IMG/VR virus record: IMGVR_UViG_3300045988_068374
Strand: one strand, 5' to 3'
Origin: a virus
DNA length: 43,354 nucleotides
Below the pieces are notes generated by a model, which worked only from the letters and a program-made list of their open reading frames with translations, ran no database searches and was not told where the DNA came from. Shown here piece after piece: positions 25,839-33,762 of the stretch; the stretch's first letter is position 1, and each line of letters starts with the position of its first letter. Both the position numbers and the translations under genes were made by a program.

Positions 25839-27422
25839 ATGCCTTTGACAACTATAATGATCGGAAAGGCGCTGGCGGCGGTCACGGAAAACGAGACGCT
25901 TACCAGCGGCATGATAAACGCAAAGATCAAATTCGAGTTTTCCGAGGACTGGACTTCAAACATTTCAAAGACCGCGATATTCACGGCAGGCGACGTGACA
26001 AAGGTCGTGCTCGATTCGTACTGGGAAAACAATGTCTGCTCCATACCGCAGGAGTGCCTTGCAAAAAGCGACGAGATACTCATGGTCGGCATTTACGGCG
26101 CGGACAACGCAAACGTCGTTGCGATACCCACGGTGTGGGCGACGGTCGGCAAAATACGCAAGGGCTATGAGGGCTACGAGGACGTATCGACCGGCGCACT
26201 GCCTATATGGGCGCAGGTGCAGTCTGCTGCGGCGCAGTCGGCAACGGCGGCAAAGAATGCGCAGGACGCTGCGGAAGCGGCGCAGGGAAAGGCTGAGGAC
26301 GCACAGGCGGCAGCGGAGGCGGCACAGGCCAAAGCCGAGACCGCACAGAGCAAAGCGGAAACGGCACAGAGCAAGGCCGAGACTGCCCAGGGCAAAGCCG
26401 AAGCAGCACAAAGCAAGGCAGAAAGCGCGGCATCCTCGGCAGCAGGGTCGGCAGCAAGTGCGGCAAGCTCTGCATCGGCGGCATCGGCCAGCGAGACTGC
26501 AAGCGCACAGAGCGCTCAGACGGCCACGGAAAAAGCATCGGCGGCTCAGGCTGCGGCTCAGGCGGCACAGAGCGCCAAGGCAGACGCCGAGAGCGCGAAA
26601 GCGGCGGCAGTCACGGCAGGGGCAGATGCAGAGAGCGCGAATGCCTCCGCGCAGTCGGCAAAAACCGCAGCAGAGAGCGCAAAAACAGCGGCACAGGCGG
26701 CTCAGAGCAAGGCCGAAACTGCAAACACCTCGGCGCAGACCGCGAAAACTGACGCCGAGGCCGCGAATACTTCCGCGCAGAGTGCCAAGACTGCGGCAGA
26801 GAGCGCCAAGAGCGCGGCGGCAGGGAGCGCACAGAGCGCCGGAACGAGCGCGCAGAGCGCACAGACAAGCAGCAAGCTGTCCGAGAGCTGGGCGGTCGGC
26901 GGAACTGGGACACGAACCGGAGAGGACACGAACAACGCCAAGTACTGGTCAGAGCAGGCACAAAACGCGGCCGGCGGCGGCGTTTCAAGCTTCAACGGAC
27001 GCTCCGGAGCTGTTGCGCCTCAGACGGGCGACTACACCGCCGCAATGGTCGGAGCGGACGCTCAGGGCGCGGCACAGACCGTGCAGGACAACTTGAACAC
27101 CCACGCGCAGAACACCGCCATACATATAAGCGCCGCCGAGAGAACGTCGTGGAACGGCAAGAGCGGAAAGGCGGACTCCTTTACCGTGACGCTGACTGCG
27201 GCAGGGTGGAGCGCAGGCGCACAGACAGTCAGCAACAGCAAGTTTATCGCAAGCGGCTACGCCTATACGGTGTGCCCGGCAGGGGACAGCTTCAAGGACT
27301 ATGCCGAGGCGATGATCTACGCCGACAACGTGACAGCGGCGGGCAAGATGAGCTTTCACTGCGACGTAACGCCCACAAAAAATCTTACGGTCAACATTCT
27401 GAGAACGGAGGCAACGGCATGA
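25839..27422 (+). CDS. tail fibre protein (Ala/Gln/Ser-rich coiled-coil shaft)
   Basis: AAGGAGG RBS. AQSKAET heptad repeats. SESWAVGGTGTRTGEDTNNAKYWSEQA and VSSFNGRSGAV..QTGDYTAAMVGA motifs are common in phage fibres. Confidence 0.8.
   Translation: MPLTTIMIGKALAAVTENETLTSGMINAKIKFEFSEDWTSNISKTAIFTAGDVTKVVLDSYWENNVCSIPQECLAKSDEILMVGIYGADNANVVAIPTVWATVGKIRKGYEGYEDVSTGALPIWAQVQSAAAQSATAAKNAQDAAEAAQGKAEDAQAAAEAAQAKAETAQSKAETAQSKAETAQGKAEAAQSKAESAASSAAGSAASAASSASAASASETASAQSAQTATEKASAAQAAAQAAQSAKADAESAKAAAVTAGADAESANASAQSAKTAAESAKTAAQAAQSKAETANTSAQTAKTDAEAANTSAQSAKTAAESAKSAAAGSAQSAGTSAQSAQTSSKLSESWAVGGTGTRTGEDTNNAKYWSEQAQNAAGGGVSSFNGRSGAVAPQTGDYTAAMVGADAQGAAQTVQDNLNTHAQNTAIHISAAERTSWNGKSGKADSFTVTLTAAGWSAGAQTVSNSKFIASGYAYTVCPAGDSFKDYAEAMIYADNVTAAGKMSFHCDVTPTKNLTVNILRTEATA
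26322..26426 (+). repeat. five tandem 21-nt (heptad) repeats inside the tail fibre gene
   Basis: gcacaggccaaagccgagacc, gcacagagcaaagcggaaacg, gcacagagcaaggccgagact, gcccagggcaaagccgaagca, gcacaaagcaaggcagaaagc. Confidence 0.8.
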
Positions 27423-28771
27423 GCTTAGTGTTCAACATGGTCGGAGGCGGCGGAGACGTAAGGCTCGTGTCCATAGCGGTGACCACACCGCCGGCGAAAA
27501 CGGTGTATGAATACGGCGACAGCTTCCAGAGCGCCGGGATGGTCGTCACGGCGACATACAGCGACGGAGCTTCGGCGGCTGTAACTAACTACAGCATAAG
27601 CCCGACGACGTTTTCAAGCGTAGGAAGCCAAAGCGTCACGATCAGCTACACCGAGCACGGAATTACCAAAACAAGCACAACCGCCGTTACGGTCAATAAA
27701 AAGACCATTTCGGCCGTTCCGAGTCAGAGCGGAGCGCTGACCTATAACGGGAGCAGCCAGTCCCCCACATGGAGCGGCTACAGCGCGACGCAGCTGACAA
27801 TCGGCGGCACGACCTCCGGCACGAACGCCGGAAGCTACACGGCAACATTTACGCCGAAGGCAAATTACCGCTGGCCTGACGGCACGACGACGGCGAAGAA
27901 TGTCACATGGACTATCGGCAAGGCGAGCGGAAGCTTATCGATAAGCCCGACGACACTGACGCTGGACAGCAGCACAACGAGCGCGAGCATCGCCGTCACG
28001 AGAACGGGCGACGGGGTAATAAGCGCCGTGAGCAGTGCCCCGAGCATAGCGACGGCAAGCGTGAGCGGCAGCACCGTCACCGTTACGGGCAAGGCAAGCG
28101 GCAGCGCGACGATCACCGTGAGCGTTGCCGAGGGCACGAACCACACCGCGCCTGCAAGCAAGACCTGCGCGGTGACGGCGAATTTCCTCAACTCCAACTT
28201 TGCGTCAAACACGTGGGAGCAGATAATCGCTGCCTGTCAAGGCGGCAGCGTACCCGACACGTGGGTCGCGGGCGACAGCAAGGCTATGACGATAGACGGC
28301 GCAGACTATCCGGTCGATATCATCGGCAAAAATCACGACACCTACGCCGCAGGCGGAACAGCGCCGCTGACTTTCCAGCTGCACGACTGCCTTAACACCA
28401 CATATGTATGGCGGGCAACATGGGACGACCTCATTACAAAGCTGCCGGAGAGCATACAGAGCGCCATAAAGCCCGTCAGCAAAACGATAAACAACGAAAG
28501 CGTTTCCCCGAAGCTTTTCGGACTTACGGAAAACGAGGCGTTCGGCGCTAAAGTGTATGCGCAATACGCCGAGGGCACACAGTACGCCTACTACGCCGCC
28601 GGAAACAGCAAGATTAAGAAGAGAAACGGCGGCGCTTATGGGTGGTGGCTGAGTTCGGCTCTAGCCCAACAAGGCCTTACTTTTCATATATTTGTGACGC
28701 AAAAAGGCGCAACTGACTCGTCCTTTACGGCTAATGAATTCAAGGGCGTCGCTTTTGCTTTCTGTTTTTAA
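27419..28771 (+). CDS. Ig-like-domain adhesin / putative receptor-binding protein
   Basis: ATGA overlap with the fibre stop (the track start at 27149 is an out-of-context extension). Big_3-like segment VSIAVTTPPAKTVYEYGDSF..AGMVVTATYSDG. Segment LTYNGSSQSP...GTNAGSYTATFTP..NYRW. Big_2-like segment. C-terminus ...WWLSS...GVAFAFCF resembles DUF6273 (from memory). Confidence 0.7.
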   Translation: MSLVFNMVGGGGDVRLVSIAVTTPPAKTVYEYGDSFQSAGMVVTATYSDGASAAVTNYSISPTTFSSVGSQSVTISYTEHGITKTSTTAVTVNKKTISAVPSQSGALTYNGSSQSPTWSGYSATQLTIGGTTSGTNAGSYTATFTPKANYRWPDGTTTAKNVTWTIGKASGSLSISPTTLTLDSSTTSASIAVTRTGDGVISAVSSAPSIATASVSGSTVTVTGKASGSATITVSVAEGTNHTAPASKTCAVTANFLNSNFASNTWEQIIAACQGGSVPDTWVAGDSKAMTIDGADYPVDIIGKNHDTYAAGGTAPLTFQLHDCLNTTYVWRATWDDLITKLPESIQSAIKPVSKTINNESVSPKLFGLTENEAFGAKVYAQYAEGTQYAYYAAGNSKIKKRNGGAYGWWLSSALAQQGLTFHIFVTQKGATDSSFTANEFKGVAFAFCF

Positions 28772-28788
28772 TCCGGGAGGTGTAGATC

Positions 28789-29139
28789 ATGTACGCGATA
28801 AAGGTAAACAACGAAATCGCCGGATATTCCGATAGCTTCGTGTATATCCGGCTGCACACAAACGGCTGCTATGTGCTGTGCGACGAAGCGGAAGCGGAGG
28901 GCATATGCGCAAAGGTGGCAAAGGATTTTACCGACGCGGAGACCGGCGAAACGGTAACGCAGATAGCCGACACCGTATTCCGGCTTACCGATGACGGTCT
29001 GCACGGCACAGAGCCTAAGTGCGAGATCGAGGAAGTCAACGGCGCACAGGTTGTAGCGGACAAGGACAGCGAGCTGAAAAACGCCGTGAGCACCGATGAC
29101 CTTGAAAGCGCCTACAAGGAAGGAGTCAACAGCGTATGA
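28789..29139 (+). CDS. hypothetical protein
   Basis: GGGAGGTG RBS. 116-aa acidic protein. Confidence 0.6.
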   Translation: MYAIKVNNEIAGYSDSFVYIRLHTNGCYVLCDEAEAEGICAKVAKDFTDAETGETVTQIADTVFRLTDDGLHGTEPKCEIEEVNGAQVVADKDSELKNAVSTDDLESAYKEGVNSV

Positions 29140-29579
29140 CAAAGACAGAGGCCATGACCAAGATGAAGGAAAAGGGCGCGGACGATGCGCTCAATCTGCG
29201 CGGACGCGCAAGCACGATGGACGGTACGGCGATAATCGCGGAGGAAAGCAAAGTGCCCGACTTCGACGCGCAGAAGGATTACAGCGCATGCCCTGCCGGT
29301 ACGCCCGTCGCGGACGAGGGGCAGGTGTGGAAGCTTATACAGCCGTACAACGCCGCGAATTATCAGGGCAGGCCGTCAACGCTCCGCGCTCTGTGGGGGC
29401 TGTGCCACACGAAAGACCCCTCAAAGGCTAAAGCATGGGTAGCCCCTCTCGGCACAAGCGGCATGTACATGACCGGCGAATGCTACAAGGACGCTTCCGG
29501 CACTGTGCATAGGTGCTTACAGGATAACGTAGTACACGACGCGGCGGCGCTGCCGAGCGCGTGGGAGGATGCAACATGA
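29136..29579 (+). CDS. hypothetical protein (possible carbohydrate-binding-like C-terminus)
   Basis: ATGA overlap with the upstream gene. 147 aa. GQVWKLIQPYNAANYQGRPSTLRALW pattern. Confidence 0.55.
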   Translation: MTKTEAMTKMKEKGADDALNLRGRASTMDGTAIIAEESKVPDFDAQKDYSACPAGTPVADEGQVWKLIQPYNAANYQGRPSTLRALWGLCHTKDPSKAKAWVAPLGTSGMYMTGECYKDASGTVHRCLQDNVVHDAAALPSAWEDAT

Positions 29580-30277
29580 ACATTACCCCGAAACAGGTGC
29601 TTGAGCTGGCGGCAAAGTACATAGGCTACAGGGAAAAAGCATCGAACAAGGACTTATACAGCTTTGAGGACAATGCCGGACGGGGCAACTTCACGATGTT
29701 TCAGGCCGAGCTCGACAAGGCGAAGTTCTGGAACACGCCGAAGAACGGCTATGAATGGTGCACAAGCTTTGTAGCGTGGTGCTTCTGGCGCATTGCCGGC
29801 AGCGAGGCAAAGGATGTGCTGTGCCTCACCGGGCAGTACGGCGCAAGCTGCGTGAGCTGGGCGAAATACTACGCGGCACAGGCGAGGCTTTTCACCAAGC
29901 CGCAGGTCGGCGACCAGTTTTTCCAGCGCGACAGCCGCGACGGCCTGCCATGCCACACGGGAATTGTCGAAAGCGTGAGCGGCAATACCTTCGTTACCAT
30001 CGAGGGCAACGCCGGAAACGCCGTCAAGCGCGTGACGCACACACTTAACAACACGGTCTACGGCTTTGGTAGACCAAAATATGCAGCAGAAAGCGAGGAT
30101 GAAGAAATGGAAAGATGGAAAACGATAGAGGATGTGCCGGAGGGCTTTTACCGCGATACCGTAAAGCAGCTTATGGCCGACGGCATAATCAAGGGCAAGG
30201 GCAACGGCGTGATCGACCTGACGGAGGATATGCTCAGGGTAATGATCTTCTGCCAGCGCATTATGGGAAAGGCGTGA
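29576..30277 (+). CDS. CHAP-domain peptidoglycan hydrolase (endolysin) with a C-terminal wall-binding-like segment
   Basis: Cys motif NGYEWCTSFVAWCF and His motif LPCHTGIVESVSGNTFVTIEGN. C-terminus FYRDTVKQLMADGIIKGKGNG is SLH-like. Confidence 0.8.
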   Translation: MNITPKQVLELAAKYIGYREKASNKDLYSFEDNAGRGNFTMFQAELDKAKFWNTPKNGYEWCTSFVAWCFWRIAGSEAKDVLCLTGQYGASCVSWAKYYAAQARLFTKPQVGDQFFQRDSRDGLPCHTGIVESVSGNTFVTIEGNAGNAVKRVTHTLNNTVYGFGRPKYAAESEDEEMERWKTIEDVPEGFYRDTVKQLMADGIIKGKGNGVIDLTEDMLRVMIFCQRIMGKA

Positions 30278-30356
30278 TATTATGCCCGGATTTACGGTCG
30301 ATTTCGGCTACGGGCAGCGCTTCAAGGCCACACAAACATAACGGAGGATAAATCCC

Positions 30357-30647
30357 TTGACACAAACGATAATCACAACGGCTGCTCTTATCGCGGCGGT
30401 TATAGCAATCGCCGGGTACTATAACAAGGTATATAACTGGGTAAAGCACCAAGAGGAGCAAGATAAGCGCATGGACAGGATAGAGAGAGCTGCCGCCACT
30501 GAGCGGAAAGAGCTGACCCTGATAGTCTATGCGTTGTCGGCCTGCCTTGACGGGCTGGGGCAGCTCGGCGCAAACCACACAGTTACCGATGCAAAAACCA
30601 AATTAGATAAACACATCAATAAACAGGCACATCAACAGGAGGGCTAA
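30357..30647 (+). CDS. membrane protein with N-terminal TM helix and coiled-coil (holin-associated)
   Basis: TTG start 9 nt after GGAGG. IITTAALIAAVIAIAGYY is a TM helix. Adjacent to the holin gene. Confidence 0.55.
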   Translation: MTQTIITTAALIAAVIAIAGYYNKVYNWVKHQEEQDKRMDRIERAAATERKELTLIVYALSACLDGLGQLGANHTVTDAKTKLDKHINKQAHQQEG

Positions 30648-30649
30648 TT

Positions 30650-30913
30650 ATGAAAATCAACTGGAAGGTTCGTATTAAAAACAAGATGTTCTGGCTCGCG
30701 CTCATCCCCGCGCTGCTTCTGCTCGTGCAGGTAGTAGCGGCGGTGTTCGGCTACGAGCTGCAAATCGAGGCCATAGGCGATAAGCTCACGGCGGTAATCA
30801 ACGCGCTGTTCGCGGTGCTGGCTATACTCGGCGTAGTCACCGACCCGACGACCGCCGGTGTAAGCGACAGCAAGCAGGCTATGGAGTATGAAAAGCCGAA
30901 GTGTGATAAATGA
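30650..30913 (+). CDS. holin (phi LC3 / Phage_holin_1 family)
   Basis: MKINWKVRIKNKMFWLALIPALLLLVQ...VVTDPTTAGVSDSKQAMEYEKPK closely matches the family consensus as I remember it. Confidence 0.85.
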   Translation: MKINWKVRIKNKMFWLALIPALLLLVQVVAAVFGYELQIEAIGDKLTAVINALFAVLAILGVVTDPTTAGVSDSKQAMEYEKPKCDK

Positions 30914-31158
30914 CACAGGCACGTTTGAGGCTGCCGCCGGACATGGCGCTGCTGCCGCGTGAACAGTGGGAAAAGCTAATATACAGCTCAAACCTCGGAC
31001 GCGAGGGCAGCAAGATCGCTGATCTGTATTTCATACAGCAGATACCGCAGATAGACATTGCAGAGGAAATAGGGCTTGACCGAAAAACCGTCTCGAAACG
31101 CCTTTCTACGGCAAGAGCAAAAATTGAACACAATTACGAGCGGCTTTTCAAAAGCTGA
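30910..31158 (+). CDS. small sigma-70 region-4-like HTH protein
   Basis: ADLYFIQQIPQIDIAEEIGLDRKTVSKRLSTARAKI. Last gene of the late operon. Confidence 0.6.
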   Translation: MTQARLRLPPDMALLPREQWEKLIYSSNLGREGSKIADLYFIQQIPQIDIAEEIGLDRKTVSKRLSTARAKIEHNYERLFKS

Positions 31159-31186
31159 GAGGAGGCAAACACCTCCTCTTTTTTTA
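31159..31186 (+). terminator. rho-independent terminator ending the late operon
   Basis: GAGGAGG-caaaca-CCTCCTC followed by TTTTTTT. Confidence 0.85.
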
Positions 31187-31272
31187 CGCGCATATTCCCC
31201 ATAACACGGACATTGAGTACCCCCTTGAAATCGGAAAAGGCTTTAAGCTTTTAAGTACAAGGAGGCGGCGAA

Positions 31273-31656
31273 ATGTTCGTGTTTTTTAATCCCAACCCGG
31301 ATGCAAAGCGCGTGGGCGACTGCACCGTGAGAGCGATAGCCAAGGCGATGAATACCGTTTGGGATAAGACCTATCTCGCTTTGTGCGTTGAAGGTCTGAG
31401 AGTACATGACATGCCCTCGGCAAACAATGTTTGGGGTAGTTACCTTAAGGCCAACGGCTTTAGACAGCATGCGCTGCCGGACACCTGTCCCGAGTGCTAC
31501 ACAGTAGCCGCCTTCGCTAACGAACATCCGCAGGGCACTTATGTGCTCGCACTGTCCGGCCACGTCGTAGCGGTCGTAAACGGCGACTATTACGACACGT
31601 GGGACAGCGGGGACGAGGTGCCGGTCTACTACTTTGAAAAACGGGAGGAACAATAA
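31273..31656 (+). CDS. hypothetical protein with a Cys...His arrangement (possible papain-like fold), accessory cassette gene A
   Basis: GGAGG RBS. VGDCTVRAIAKA early in the protein and LSGHVVAVVNGDYYDTWD late. Confidence 0.6.
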   Translation: MFVFFNPNPDAKRVGDCTVRAIAKAMNTVWDKTYLALCVEGLRVHDMPSANNVWGSYLKANGFRQHALPDTCPECYTVAAFANEHPQGTYVLALSGHVVAVVNGDYYDTWDSGDEVPVYYFEKREEQ

Positions 31657-32018
31657 TGGCTTTTGGTTACAACACACCGTATGGGTATTATCAGCCGCCT
31701 ATGATGGACAACCTCGCGCAGATGCGAGCACAGCAGCCTGCACAACAGGGCATGATCTGGGTGCAGGGAGAGGCGGCAGGCAAGTCGTATCTCGTCGCAC
31801 CGGGCAATACAGTGCCACTGTGGGACAGTGAGCGGCAGACGATATACCTAAAGTCCGTAGACGCTTCGGGCATACCGGCAATGCGAATACTCGACTACAC
31901 GGAAAGAACGCAGTCAATGCCGGCTCCCGGCGTGGAGTATGTGACACGCGCAGAGTATGACGCGCTCGCAAAAAAGGTCGAGGCGCTTATACCGAAGGAG
32001 GAAGTAAACAATGGGTAA
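31656..32018 (+). CDS. hypothetical protein, cassette gene B
   Basis: TAATG coupling to the upstream stop. Gln/Pro/Tyr-rich N-terminus, then IWVQGEAAGKSYLVAPGNTVPLWDSE..IYLKSVDASG. Confidence 0.6.
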   Translation: MAFGYNTPYGYYQPPMMDNLAQMRAQQPAQQGMIWVQGEAAGKSYLVAPGNTVPLWDSERQTIYLKSVDASGIPAMRILDYTERTQSMPAPGVEYVTRAEYDALAKKVEALIPKEEVNNG

Positions 32019-32217
32019 TCCGCTTTTTCAGGCGCTGGGCGGCGGCATGAACCCGCAGTTTCAGAACCTTGTGCAGCGCTTCCAGCAGTTTAAGAGCACG
32101 TTTCAGGGAAACCCTCAGCAAGAGGTACAAAAGATGCTGCAGAGCGGCAGGATAACACAGCAGCAGTTAAATCAGGCGCAGGCATTTGCGCAGCAGTTCC
32201 AGGCACTTATGAAGTAA
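32011..32217 (+). CDS. small Gln-rich protein, cassette gene C
   Basis: GGAGGA RBS. 68 aa, about one quarter Gln (QFQNLVQRFQQFKSTFQGNPQQEVQKMLQ...). Confidence 0.55.
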   Translation: MGNPLFQALGGGMNPQFQNLVQRFQQFKSTFQGNPQQEVQKMLQSGRITQQQLNQAQAFAQQFQALMK

Positions 32218-32273
32218 GTACATTTTATCCGGCCGGGTATTTGTAAATACATTTTGAAAGGAAAAATTAAATC

Positions 32274-32990
32274 ATGGCTCTTTCTTCCGATGCGCCGGTA
32301 ATGACTATGCCGGTATCACCCTCCAACTCCGGCTGGGGCGGCTTTGGCGGTGATGGATGGTGGATGATCCTCTTTGTCATCATGCTTTTCGGCTGGGGCG
32401 GCAACGGCTGGGGCGGCAACAACGGCGGTGTTATGGACGGCTATGTCCTGACCTCCGACTTTGCAAACCTCGAACGCAAGCTTGACGGCGTTAACAGCGG
32501 TCTGTGCGACGGCTTTTACGCAATGAACACGGGTATGCTCAACGGCTTTGCAAACGTCACTCAGGCGGTCACAAGCGGCTTCCAGACCGCTGAATTGTCC
32601 AAGTGCAACCAGCAGGCCGCGCTAATGGCACAGCTTAACGCAATGCAGATGCAGGCGCAGGAGTGCTGCTGCGAGAACCGTGCAGCGATAGCACAGGTGC
32701 GCTATGACATGGCAACGCAGGCATGCGACACGCGCAACACCATTCAGAACAGCACTCGTGACATTATCGATAACGCCAACTGCAACAGCAAGGCAATTCT
32801 CGACTTCCTCGTGAACAGCAAGATGCAGGATCTGCAGACCGAAAATCAGAACCTCAAGCTTGCAGCTTCTCAGGCAGCACAGAACAATTACCTTGTCTCG
32901 CAGCTCAGGCCGTGCCCCACTCCGGCTTACATCACCTGTAACCCGTGGGCAGCGTCCGCACCTTACGGCGCTTGCGGTAACTGCGCATAA
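32274..32990 (+). CDS. Gly/Trp-rich membrane-anchored, Cys-rich coiled-coil protein, cassette gene D
   Basis: SGWGGFGGDGWWMILFVIMLFGWGGNGWGGNNGG N-terminus. ECCCENR triple-Cys motif. C-terminus PCPTPAYITCNPWAASAPYGACGNCA. Confidence 0.65.
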   Translation: MALSSDAPVMTMPVSPSNSGWGGFGGDGWWMILFVIMLFGWGGNGWGGNNGGVMDGYVLTSDFANLERKLDGVNSGLCDGFYAMNTGMLNGFANVTQAVTSGFQTAELSKCNQQAALMAQLNAMQMQAQECCCENRAAIAQVRYDMATQACDTRNTIQNSTRDIIDNANCNSKAILDFLVNSKMQDLQTENQNLKLAASQAAQNNYLVSQLRPCPTPAYITCNPWAASAPYGACGNCA

Positions 32991-33058
32991 CAATTGCACA
33001 GCACAGCTTTTTCGTGACTTCACGAAAATGATCGGGCTTTTACCGATACTAAGATCAA

Positions 33059-33090
33059 GCGGTGAGGCTCACGTCTCACCGCATTTTTTA
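33059..33090 (+). terminator. rho-independent terminator
   Basis: GCGGTGAG-gctcacgt-CTCACCGC followed by ATTTTTTAT. Confidence 0.8.
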
Positions 33091-33106
33091 TGAAAGGATA
33101 AACATT

Positions 33107-33334
33107 ATGGCTACTTGCAAAAGACTCAAAGATAAGTACATTAAGCACCTTATGAGCATGGACTTAGATAAGCTCGATATGACAGAGCTAAATACCTTTG
33201 CGTTCATCATCAAGACGCTTGATGAGACCGAGCGTGAAGATTATTTCGGCAGAATGCTCAAAATAATGCCTTGGAGTAACGGCATAGGCGCAGTTACTCG
33301 AGCAACCGACAAGGAGGATAAAACCGATGGCTGA
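33107..33334 (+). CDS. small hypothetical protein, cassette gene E
   Basis: Internal ATG of track ORF 33062..33334, just after the terminator. 75 aa. Confidence 0.5.
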   Translation: MATCKRLKDKYIKHLMSMDLDKLDMTELNTFAFIIKTLDETEREDYFGRMLKIMPWSNGIGAVTRATDKEDKTDG

Positions 33335-33749
33335 ATTCACAAACTCTAATATTGTGACCGTCGCAGCGGGGCAGAATGTGCCTCTGACGGAAACGGCGGT
33401 GCAGGGCAATTGCAGTATCGTACACCGTGAGGGCGCGGGCATTGTCACACTGCGCGGTCTGACAAACCAGTGCAGGGCGCGTTTCCGCGTTGCCTTCGGC
33501 GCGAACATAGCGATACCCACGGGCGGCACGGTCGAGGCAATAACCGCCGCTATCGCAATAAACGGTGAGCCGCTTACCGCTGCAACGGCGACTGTGACAC
33601 CGGCTGTCGTGGGAAATTATTTTAACATTTATGTTGCGGCAAATGTAAACGTTCCGCGTGATTGCTGCCTGACTGTGGCAGTTAAGAACACAAGCGGACA
33701 GGCTATTAACTTCGCAAACTCCAACCTGATCGTTGAGAGAATTGCATGA
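33327..33749 (+). CDS. stand-alone C1q/TNF-like (BclA C-terminal-domain-like) jelly-roll protein, cassette gene F
   Basis: AAGGAGGA RBS. Pattern ...FRVAFGANIAIP......AIAINGEPL......NVNVPRDCCLTVAVKNTSG..INFANSNLIVERIA resembles trimeric BclA/C1q-type head domains (from memory). Confidence 0.5.
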   Translation: MAEFTNSNIVTVAAGQNVPLTETAVQGNCSIVHREGAGIVTLRGLTNQCRARFRVAFGANIAIPTGGTVEAITAAIAINGEPLTAATATVTPAVVGNYFNIYVAANVNVPRDCCLTVAVKNTSGQAINFANSNLIVERIA

Positions 33750-33762
33750 GAGGAGTAAAACT

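Noticed and set aside
26032-27096. 354-aa plus-strand alternative-frame ORF, extremely Arg-rich
   Set aside because: It is a frame-shifted reading of the Ala/Gln/Ser-rich GC-rich repeat region of the tail fibre gene. The fibre frame has an RBS, recognisable motifs and translational coupling.
31187-31272. Sigma-70 promoter for the accessory cassette (TTGAAA at 31225)
   Set aside because: No acceptable -10 hexamer lies at 16-19 nt spacing. I could not support a promoter call by eye, so cassette transcription signals remain unknown.
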